Positions 1 through 10,800 of a DNA stretch of 64,000 nucleotides are shown in pieces; the first letter of the stretch is position 1; each line of letters opens with the position of its first letter. The stretch is from NCBI GenBank assembly GCA_964035545.1, contig OZ037766.1, positions 29,328,640 to 29,392,639 on the forward strand, written 5' to 3'. The translations under genes were made by a program, and so were the position numbers. Source of the stretch: Bugula neritina. Taxonomy: Eukaryota > Animalia > Bryozoa. The notes under the pieces were generated by a model. That model was given only the letters and a program-made list of their open reading frames with translations, was not told the origin of the DNA and did no database searches.

Positions 1-428
1 AGTAAACCGACAATTTAAACTCTAAATACACCAACATGAGCAGCTGCAAATTTCTACATTGAAGAAGGGATCAAGGTTTGAGGTCAAGGAGTTATTGGCA
101 CCACTAGAAAGCATGAAAGATCTTTCAGACATTGAAAATAAGCAGTGCACAAAATGTACAGCATAGGAAATCAACACGCATCAAATACATCAACAATGCT
201 ATCTTGATGTATCCATAAGACAATTTTTTAATCAAGTCAGCAGAAAACTACTTCTAGGACCAGTGCTTTGACCAAAAATAAATTGAATATATTGAAAAAC
301 TTTTAACCATTCTTACTACGCAGCATTAAAAAAATTACACAAAAGCTCGTCAGAAATGGTAAAATTTGAGAAAATTAATTTGTAGAAAAAATACACACGT
401 ATTAAATTATTTATTGTGCTTTTTTTTA

Positions 429-1803
429 TTAGAAGTATTTTCTTTTAGCTTGTTCAAAAGGTAGGAGATTTATATGTAGTTTTTTTACTTGACTGTAGTG
501 ATTGGAGAGGTATTCCATAGAGCATCGGGAACCAAAGTGGATACTATCGTTGACTAATAGCAAACCAGTTTTATATTCTAGAGGTGATAAGAAATCCATG
601 TTGTAACACCCCTCAATTCCGACTAGTATAACCTAACATGGAAATAATAAATTGTTAGATATGTGAACACCAAGTGAATGTATGGATAAGTGCGCATCCA
701 GCAAATATGTAAGAAATTAATCTGCAACTTTTACAAGTATTTGGAAAAATTGAAAACTAATAGTTGATAATAAAGTACATGACCTGACATTTTTAGTACC
801 GGCAATAAAATAAGATCATCTGATATAGCTTTGATTCAACTTAAATTAGAAGGCAAAGCAAAAGCAATAAAAACTGCACCTTAGGAGCACAGACTAAATG
901 GCCATCTCCAGTTTTCCAACAAGGATTAACATGATCTTCTTCTACAGTCAAATTTTGATCAATACATTCTCCAGCTGGACTTTTGAAATTAAAATAGTGT
1001 CTAGCAGATCTATCCAAAGCTACAATGAACACAAACAGTTTGGAATATCAACAAATGAGATATAACATGGTTGCATTTTTTGCAAGTTAGCAGCTGATGA
1101 TGAATAAAAATCAAGCAGATATCATTTTGTGTAGATAATAAAAATAAAACATACCATTAAAAACATTACCAGCCTATAGTGATGCATGTGTATATTAATT
1201 GATAGATAAAATAGTTTTTGATATGGCAAAAATAAAAAGTTAAAGTAAAACACCCCAATTGGGCACAATAAAATTTAATAACCTGATGCAAAAAAAGCAC
1301 AATGCTATTCTTAAAAGAATCTTCACAAACATATTTGAAATAAAATTGCATATTGGCTAATGAAATACAAAAGTATGAATTTACTGTGCAAATTGAAAGC
1401 AATCAGAGTATATCATGCATATACTGCATTATAATTCCTGAGAATTCAGTTTAAAGACAGATTTCAACAAAAAGCATTAAAGTCATTTTTCAAACAATAG
1501 TTACTTACACTGCACAGTTTTTGCCACGCTTGGTCGTCTGATATGATCCAGTTTAATGTAGCCACTCCAAGTGAAGAACGTCGTGATTAGTGTTGCAAAT
1601 AAAAGTATTTTCTGCATGTTACGACTGCAGCAGCGAAAATTTGGCCAACAGAAGAATCTGACACACGAGACAGGTGGTGGTAACGAAGTGCGAAAGCCTT
1701 TCCGAAGACTCGGAGACGGACTACGAGTACGACTCAGCGAGCTGGTACTCTGCTCGAGATCCAGCTCGTCTAGAGCACTACACGACAGAGAATCGGTCAT
1801 CAT
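429..1803 (-). CDS. CHST15/GalNAc4S-6ST-like sulfotransferase-fold type II membrane protein with degenerate PAPS-binding loop (3 exons found; 3' end uncertain)
   Basis: Phase-compatible exons 1803-1509 (ATG ATG, in-frame stop upstream, donor GTAAGT), 1019-880 (TGTAG / GTGCAG) and 632-489 (GTTAG; either donor GTAAAA at 488 or read-through to TAA at 431-429). Protein has a Ser-rich N-terminal tail, one hydrophobic segment (ILLFATLITTFFTWSGYI), a stem, then NPCW-x7-VCAPKVILVGIEGCYNMDFL. This lines up with the CHST15-family NPCW...RCLPxFYIIGxPKCGTTDLY pattern as I recall it. Confidence 0.55.
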
Positions 1804-2751
1804 TGTGGTGCGCGAGAGATTGAAAAAGCTCAACAGTAGTGAAAAATTAGTAGCATACACATCCACCGACTACCTGTAGTTTGTACACGACAGCAAACGT
1901 GGCAAAGAGAGCTTAAAAAGCACACAGCAAACAGGCGGACAAGAGCACTTAAAGAGATATGCCAACATGGGATCTTCCTATTTACATAATCTGTGTAGAA
2001 GAAGGTTACTGCTCATCTCACTTATATCTAACCACTCTACTAAGGGGATCATCAGCTCTATTTACATATACTATAGTACCGCACTGCCCCGTTTGTTGAC
2101 ATTTTGTGTATAATTATATTGACTGAGGGTATTAAAGCAATGTCAACTTAACAGTATAATTCTGAAAATAACCTGTAACCAGACACATATTTATGTAAAT
2201 AATCAAAAAACTACTTGACAAACACAAGTAACATCTTAATGCCACAGCTTACAATAGAGAGATTATATTTCAGTTTGATGAGTGAAGATCGCAGATAATC
2301 CTAAACCTCTGCTCCTAACTATTAATATCCATTTGAAGCAATTTGATTTTTTCCTGTAAGCAAAATCTCCCATCCTTCACATGTCCCTTTGCAAAAATGC
2401 CTCTTAGCGAAAAATTATTTTGAGAATAAACAATATTCTATCATTCACAGGAGCTGTAAGTGCAGAACACAACATACTGACTGGGTTTTCAGTCTAATAA
2501 AACAGCCATCATTCTTACATACACAATTGTATCAGCATTGCAACATGGTAAGACAATTACATCCTCCAAAGCCACCGTGATGGTTCTGGATATGATGTCA
2601 CAAGTTGTGAGAACCACACAACAACACATGACTAATAGCAGAATATCAACAGAACAAGGATCTAAATACTCTTGGGAGGGGGTGGTGAGGTGGAATACTC
2701 TGGGGGGGGGGGGTGTGAGGTGAAATGCCTGGAGCTATATTTAGCAAATAC

Positions 2752-5700
2752 CTGTTTTTCTGCAATGACGCACAGAGACTCGAGGTCGATACACTTGCAC
2801 TCTTTCAGACATCTTTCCAGAAGTCTGTTAATTTGCACGCCTGGAATACAGAGTTGTCTTGTCAAAGGCTAAGTGACTCATCCCCTCAAACTCGCATCAA
2901 ACGAACAGAGAGAAAATATTTAGACACTTGCATAAGAAAAAAATTTAAAACCGATACTAGTAAATTGCAAGATAATGCAGCCAATAAATGAAGAGTAGTT
3001 CAATAATGCCTTGTCCACTATTTGAGTCAGAAGTTTGTATCAATTCTTCCCCAATGGTGCTATACTTTTATATTCAGAAGAAAGTATTTAATTGCTCGAA
3101 TAGTAGAATAAATATTCTATGAAAAGTCACCTTTACGAGAAAGTCTCCCAGGTTCAAAGCCAGGGCAGGCCACGTGGTTAAACTCTATATTTATCATGAG
3201 TGCTCCTTCATTTGGCCTCGTCTGTTTGGGTTCCACCATACTGCATGTGGCTTGAGCTAAGATTCTAAAAAGATGTAAAAATACAGCAACCAGTGCACAG
3301 GAAAGAAGCTACATTCCTATGTCTGCTTTCTTGTCCATTCAGCATGGGTTAGAAATCATGAAGCAGCACCTCCTCCATACATGCAATAGGGGGTGTTGGA
3401 ATTTTATTAACACAACCATATTACTTGCTTGGGGCAACACCTATAATCACGAAACATACTACAAAATATTCAACAATATTGAAGTCTTCAATGTTTCCAG
3501 TGCTGTGCCAGTTTCAACAATATGTATGTAGATACACAACAAGCTAGAGAATTAACAAAAAAATTATAATTTTAGATTATTGCAGTTTATACAAACTAAG
3601 CTTTTTTTAACTTTGAAGAAAAAAGGTGAAAATAGAATGAAATTTGTATTATATATGGTATTCTATTACATATTGCTTTACAATGTAATATATCTGTACT
3701 ATATATTGCATTATACATTATATTGTATTATATAATGCAATGGTGAAAATAGAATTAAACTTGCATTCAACTGTTAAAAAATAATTTCATAAATCCCTCA
3801 AAATACAATGCATGCAAAACCTTGCCTGATTATGACATCTACATAATACATTCATTCTGTGCTATAAACAGCTAGTTGTGAGTATTATATAGACTATAAA
3901 AATACACAACATGTCTAAATACAGAATGTATAAGGGAATTGGTGTAATTTAGGAGTTATCTTCTATTAGAGAACCAAGTCTCTAACATTTCCAATATTAT
4001 TTGTAAACAAAATAAAAATTTGCCACCAAATAGCAGCTCAAATAAAGAGAGACAAAAATGTGACAGATTCTGCTTAGCAGCTTTTACAAAAGTGTCTGAT
4101 CATTCTTGTCAAATTTTGAGCCCGTGCAAATTATAACCTGTTTAAGTATTAAATGGTTATGGGTTGACTTTTACACTCTATATTCTTAGTGTCTAAACTG
4201 TGATTGGCCGATGTTGATATGATTAACTGACAGCGAGACTGGGTGCAAATATTGTCTTTAAATATTCAGGTAAAAGTGAAGGTCAGCTATAGATTGAACA
4301 TGTGGATTGACACGTTAAAGTAGTCTATAGTGAAATGCAGGTTAAAGTAACACCAACTCAAATCAACCATGTTTAGCAAAAGTAATGTGCTCAGTGTTAA
4401 GAGTTTTAGTCACTAGTAAGTTATATTCAAGTTGACAACTTTTTGCTAAGAGATTAAAAAAACTCTCAGCAAGTAACTAGACAATAAATCCTAAACCAAT
4501 TATTTACAGTTATGAGTAGAAAACATATTACTTCACAGATGTTGACCAGAGGTCACTCTATCTAAAAGGAGTTATGCAGTCTACAAAAATAATTTAATGC
4601 TCGATATTAAAGGTCAGAAAACTTTTGATAAAAGTTGAGTGAAATTTTGCAAAGTTACTTTCACCAGCGAATCTTGCAAGATTGCCTTAAATCAGACTGA
4701 TATTTTGTTGCGACAAACTGGCTAGGAGTAATGCATTCTCCTTGAATGGAATAGTTTAGCCTTTATGTCAGGGTTACATTAGTAACACTCCTTGGACATC
4801 GCAAATAAATAACCCATTATAATTTGAGTGCTGTAGAAAATCGTGAAAAGTTAAAAATTAAGTGCTGCATTTAACAAATAAAAAATCTATTGATCATACA
4901 AAATGCCTGCTTGAGTAGAATATGAATATGGTGTGTTTCTAACGTTTGCTCATATCTTTGCTAAAATTAGCTGACTTAAAATCTTCACTCAGAGCGTTAG
5001 AAGGTTTGACAATCAATAGGGAATTTCACACAATAAATGAAGAGAACATCCTAAATATTGAAAACTTACAGTGTTTCGCCGATATGAACATGACAACACC
5101 CGTAATCTGCACCAAACTCTATCTTAATATTCCGATAATCGTATGCTCTTCGGTCATCTAACCTCTGTAAAAAGGTAGTACATGATTTATGATGCCATAA
5201 GATTAAATTACACAAACTAGGAGTTATGTCCACCATAATGGTGAAAATTTTGAATTAATTACTAGGAGTTACTTAAACTAGGAAAAAACACAATATAAAT
5301 TTTGAACTACACCTTTTTTAATATTTCGAAAGTATATTCAAACTCAGTATTTTTTAAAATTGCTAATTTATTCTGATATAGTAAAGTTTCACAAGCCTAG
5401 TGTAACTTTGACAATCACGGTTATACCCAAATGAGGAGAAAGTAAATATGGATATGCTACTTGCAGCACAAAACACAGTACAATTCATTGGTTAAAGTCA
5501 CAACACAAATCAAGTACAAGTCACTAGTTGATGTTAATCATGACTTTCCGAGATCAGAATATTACAATGAAGTACTGGTTTCCCCGAGTTCTAAGATTAA
5601 GATAGCTATCGTCTTAAAGCCAATTATTAGCAAAAGCATCCAACACAAATTAAAGATAGTAAACAAAGAGAGTAAGTTGATTTAGAGCTTACTTTTGATC

Positions 5701-5758
5701 TTTCAATAAGTTGCAATAGAAATTCCCGTTCACAATTAGCTAAGGGTCTGTCTTTCAT
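2752..5758 (-). CDS. EXOSC9: Exosome complex component RRP45 (PM/Scl-75), coding exons 1-4; remainder not found in window
   Basis: Exons 5758-5693, 5164-5070, 3264-3131 and 2840-2752 have GT/AG ends and consistent phase. They give MKDRPLANCEREFLLQLIERSKRLDDRRAYDYRNIKIEFGADYGCCHVHIGETLILAQATCSMVEPKQTRPNEGALMINIEFNHVACPGFEPGRLSRKGVQINRLLERCLKECKCIDLESLCVIAEKQ, which matches the N-terminal RNase PH domain of EXOSC9. Confidence 0.93.
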
Positions 5759-7850
5759 TGTTAATAGCAACTGGAAACAAATACAGAATATAAAGGTGAT
5801 AATTTTTATGGTTTTAGCAATTCATCTTTGCAAAGACATCTAACATTTGACATTACCATAGTACTAGAATTAGTATTTCGGCATTTTTAAATTGCAATAA
5901 AAACAAATGTAATATTAAAAATAATACTAAGAGTTAGTTTAAATCTAATGTCTAATACGAAGAGTAGTAGTAATGTTAATACATAATGATAAATGTTGGT
6001 TATACTAATTTTCATCTTGCAGTTACTATAATATAACTATATACTGTAGTATATTAACTACTGATCATCCATTTGACTTAGCTGTTAGCACTAAAGTTGA
6101 TGAATATAATATTAATCATCAGTCATCACCCAATCTATAACTTGCAAATGTAAGTGTAAAGATACAAGTAAAAATTATTATAAATAAAATATTATCATTA
6201 CAAGTGAAGCTAAGAGTAAATTAGTAATTGCCAAACTCAATCAGAAGTGACAATTGTCATCATTACTGATTAGTGATTATTTTCAGCTTCAAGCTCATGT
6301 CATTGACTCGTGGTCAATCAGTGTGATCAACATCTAGTTCTAGTGATGTTAATTTTAACATTTAAGAGTTATTATAATTGTTTAACTTAAAACTAATGAT
6401 ATACTTAAGTTATAGTACTTATACTTATAATTATACTTATTAACTAACTTATAGTTTTAGTTATACTTATAAATTTATTTACTTTTACTTTTACAGTTTT
6501 AGTTAATGTTATTAATATTATTTGGTAATTTACTATTCTGGTAAAACTTTATTATAGGTGTTATCACAGTAGTACAACATAGCATGCTCAGTGAGTTTGC
6601 CCAAGTATTATAAATACGTTATGGCATGAAATTGGCAAATAACTGCCATTATAAACCGTTAAAATGTGAAGTGTTCATTTGTTATGATTGTTATTATCAT
6701 CAGATTGACTACAATGCTCAGCTTTTAGCGGATAATATATATAACGGAAATAGATCCGTATATCGTTACATAAAAAACACAATATATAAATATAATTTGT
6801 TTTTTGTTTCAAATGTATTTGACAAAATTTTTTTATTTATTCAATATTAAAACTGTTAAAATAATTGTATTGACGTTCCAACTAATTTCGCAGGATATTC
6901 ATATCCGATTTTCACTAGGTGACATTAAAATATAGAATATCTGAAAAAATCTGGTAATACTTGCTTTGAAACTTCAACATTTTTGCTTTTTGTACAGCTT
7001 TGAATCAATATAATCACTATTGCTGTGGAAATAAAATGTATGTCTAAAAATTCTACATTTCTGACTTCTACACAGTAAAACTAAGAATAAAACCAATATG
7101 AATAGTGATACTAAAAGTAAATTTAAAATTAATAGTAATACTAATAGTAATAGTAATATTAATATTAATAATTAGTAATACTAATACTAATACTAATAGC
7201 AATACTGATGCCGTGATGGTAATAATAAATAATAAGAGTAAAATAAGTTCTAGTAGTAGTACTAGTAGCAGTAGCAGTACTCACTTTAAGTTTTAATTTG
7301 GGCTGAGCCTAGAATATCAATATGAAAAATGGCCATATTTTTCTTTTATGTAAACGGCGCAAATCGTATTAAATTGTCATGGCCACCATCAATGTCCCAG
7401 GCATCGCCACAAGATAAAGACTGATCTGAAATTATAATCATGATGGTTGTCCTTAATATTGCTATCATTTTATTTAAGAAGTCAATGCAATTATTAAAGT
7501 GAACCCGAACCCAATGTTAATTATTGACTGTGGCGATTGTATTGTCATTAGGAATAAACTTTTATTTAAGATAGTCGCAGTGATAGCGTGCCAGAATTTT
7601 TATCAATATTGCTTACTGCATAAACTGATAGTTTGATTGATGTAATTTTAACTATTTTATGATTATCATATTTATAGTTATGCTATAGCTCACGTGCCAT
7701 TGTGGTTTTGATTATATTGCTTCGTATGAAAAATGTTGCTACTATTGTCATATTAATTCGAAAACACTGATGAATTTCAAAGTTTTTGAAGCAGTTATAT
7801 TGATTTTATTTTAGTAGCTGCCTACGCACCGTTGTTATATATTTTCTAAA
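5759..7850. promoter_or_regulatory. Head-to-head interval between EXOSC9 and the THAP gene (likely bidirectional promoter with non-coding first exons)
   Basis: Divergent ATGs at 5758(-) and 7851(+). Acceptor-like sites lie just upstream of each ATG (TTTGTTTCCAG ending ~5771 minus; TTTTATTTTAG ending ~7814 plus). There is a minus-strand GTGAGT donor at 7284 and a CACGTG at 7691. Confidence 0.45.
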
Positions 7851-10800
7851 ATGGAAAACAAAATTGGAGTCAAAAGATGCAGTGCTCCACATTGTTATAA
7901 TAAAGTTGGCAGTAAAAACATACAGTTTTTTCGATTTCCAAGAGAAGAAATAAGGTAACTCCTACTTGATTTATGTTATCTTACAGACATGTTCATCTAA
8001 TCTATGCTCTTTTGTTTTAAAAGTTCAAAATTACTATTTAGTTCAAAGACCTTCAGCTCAATTCCACCACTACATAGGTTTTTAAATTTTATTATGGTTT
8101 GCTGATGTTTTTTTTTCAAAATGGTCAAAGAACTTTTAAACTTTTATTTAGTAACTTAGATATGCTTTAATAATTCTTCTCAAGTGTATAATACCTACTT
8201 CAGGTGCCAGGAGTGGTTGGATAATATTCTAGATGATGATTTGGCAGGATTGACTGTTAAAGATCTCCATGCAACGAAGGTTTATATAAATACTGTTGCA
8301 TTGGTATCATTTATTTCTAGCAATTTTATTCATCATTAGAAGGCTTTAGTTTTATTTGAGCTAATAATACAAATTTTATTTTATTTACTCTAGCAACACA
8401 GACTTATATTTTAGCAGAGTTGGACTGACTAATCACAATAAGGAATTATAGAAAGCAATAGAATGATACCAATATCATTATTACCAGTGTAGATAGGCTC
8501 GGTAATTCACTAGCTATTTAGTGTATAAAAATATGTCAAGGGTTCAACTTAGTGTCTTGTGTTTTAGTTGACATAATTATTGGACAATGGGAAACCTAGC
8601 TGGATTACTGTTATTTCATGTCAGATAATCAAAGTCTCTCTTTTTATGTACACAGACGAGTTTTTGTTTTCAGTTAATATGTTTTTCAGTTAATATGTGA
8701 AGCTCACTTTGCCCCGAATCAGTTTACCAACAGTGAGTGGAGAGATAAACTCAATGCTGACGCTATCCCTACAGTGTTTGATGCCCCTCCTGCATTTTCA
8801 TCACAAACACTGAATCGAAAAGTATGTTTCTATATATTTCCTAACTAGTTTGTTATAATACTTCTTTACATTGCTGAGTGTCTAGCATGCTTACATTGAG
8901 ACTTATCAGTTACGCAGTCATTTCAGGAGAATGCCATGTATTAAGTGTACAGGAAAACCTGTTTATGCTATTTTGCTGGAAAGTTTAGATATTTTCCTCT
9001 TTTTCCAAATGCATGTCATTAATTCCCAAACTGTATCCTGTTTTTTTGGTTAAATGATTGAGAACAACAAAAATACCTTTGTCACATTTTGCTCAAATTG
9101 ACACCTGTTCAATTGTATGCATTCACTAGGTGGTCAAGTTGTCTTCAATTTACTCACCTTTATTTTACAGGAGCTGCCAGAGCATGGCGAAACATTTGAG
9201 TTTGCAAAGAACTTGTAAGTAATAAAGTGTATGAGATTATATCATGTGTTGTTTTGAGACTAGGTCAAGTCTTGTACTGGCTGTTGCCTCGATCTGTCAA
9301 TGTTGTCTGTTCTAGTCACTCCATAAATGTAATGTGTCCGGGATTCTATAAAGAAAGTATGCATTTTTGTTTTGTCTTTTTCAAAAAGCCAAAAATATTT
9401 AATAAGTCAAAGCTGTATTGGAGTTGTATCCTCTATCTAGAGACAACATAAAAACAGAGCCCTGGGTGTTACTCACCGACATACTGGTCAACCAGAAAGG
9501 AGGTGACACATTTAGCAGTGCCCTTCCCTCTCTCGAACAGTTTCTCATCACAGACGTCTGCTCTCTCAGCGCGTCTGCTGAGTCAACCAAACCGGTCAGC
9601 AGCAAAAAAAGGGGTCCCAAACCGGGCCCTAAAAAATACAAAACTCTAACTGTGCCTAACAAAGTTACAACTACGGTTGCTGGCAAGCATAAGAATACTG
9701 GCAGTGGAAAAGGTCGTGGTCGTCCCAAAAAGAGTGCTAAAAAGTACAAGACGTCAACTGTGCCTAAGAAGGTTGCAACTACGGTTGCTGGCAAGCGCAA
9801 GAATACCGACAGTGGACAAAGCGTTTCTTCTCCAATTATTAAAAAAGTAAAACCTTCAACTCCAAACAAGCAATCAACAGCTGTAACTGCTGATAAACAA
9901 AAAGATTCTGCAATTGAAAATGGTGTTGCCCTGCAAAAGGAGGGAGTAAAAGCTAAAGGCGGTCGAAAACGGAAAACTGCCGTTACTCCTACTGATGTTA
10001 GTGCTGCAGCTAATGTTAGTGCTGCCACTAATGTTAGTGCTGCTACTAATGTTAGTACTGCAGCTAATGTTAGTGCTGCAGCTAATGTTAGTGCTGCCAC
10101 TAATGTTAGTGCTGCTACTAATGTTAGTGCTGCAGCTAATGTTAGTCCTGCAGAAGCTGAAAAGAAGAAAGATGCCTCAACATCACCCATCAAATGTGTC
10201 AATGGACAATCGACACCAGCTACAGGTGGGATGTCACTGTTCATTTCCTTTAATAGTATCAGCTATGTAAGAGTTGTCTTTTCGAAATCACTCATAAAAT
10301 GTAAAATTCTGTAATTATGTCAATCCGATAATTTTGAATGTCCACATTCTTTGGTTGTTTATTGTAGTTTATTTTGCTGTCATGTTATTTATACCTTCAT
10401 GAGTTTCAGTCAAAATCTCAATTTTGCTCAGTTGAAAATTTCAACGTGTTGCTTTGCATTATTATTGAAACCATTTCTCAAAATTATTGTCTTGTGATAA
10501 CTTAGTCGGCTGATTTCATGATGACAGTGCAAATAGGGCGAATAGTGATTGATGAATCTTTGTAGATATCGGCATTTTCTTATTTTTTTGTCGATTATAT
10601 AATTCAGTATGATATGACATGTCTAACAGGAATATTGCTCTGTAACAGCAATAATTATAAATAATTCAATTGATATTTTTCAATAAATTTCAGTCAACAC
10701 TACTCAAGTAAAGGCAGGAGAGAAGGCTGAATCTGGTTGGACTAGAGTGGTGTGGGACCCAACGTCCTCCCGTGTCATGGTGACTGAAAAGAACCTGAAA

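Noticed and set aside
1520-1552. LDHIRRPSV resembling EXOSC9 LCHFRRPDV
   Set aside because: The surrounding sequence does not align to RNase PH and is out of phase with exon 4; it is better explained as the stem of a membrane protein.
2560-2620. VW...NHHG on the minus strand resembling EXOSC9 exon 5 (VW...NHDG)
   Set aside because: The two words are out of frame, there is an in-frame stop and no acceptor, and there is no similarity after NHHG.
2673-2721. G-rich tract as a G-quadruplex
   Set aside because: A short ~30-nt duplication with a homopolymer of uncertain length; the G-rich strand is antisense to EXOSC9 and there is no other support.
3945-5275. Recurring GGAGTTAT-like word in EXOSC9 introns
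   Set aside because: Probably decayed dispersed repeat; no boundaries or periodicity could be defined.
9399-10244. 281-aa antisense ORF with hydrophobic AALTL repeats (and the 9995-10270 alternative frame)
   Set aside because: Shadow of the real plus-strand exon and its 18-nt repeat.
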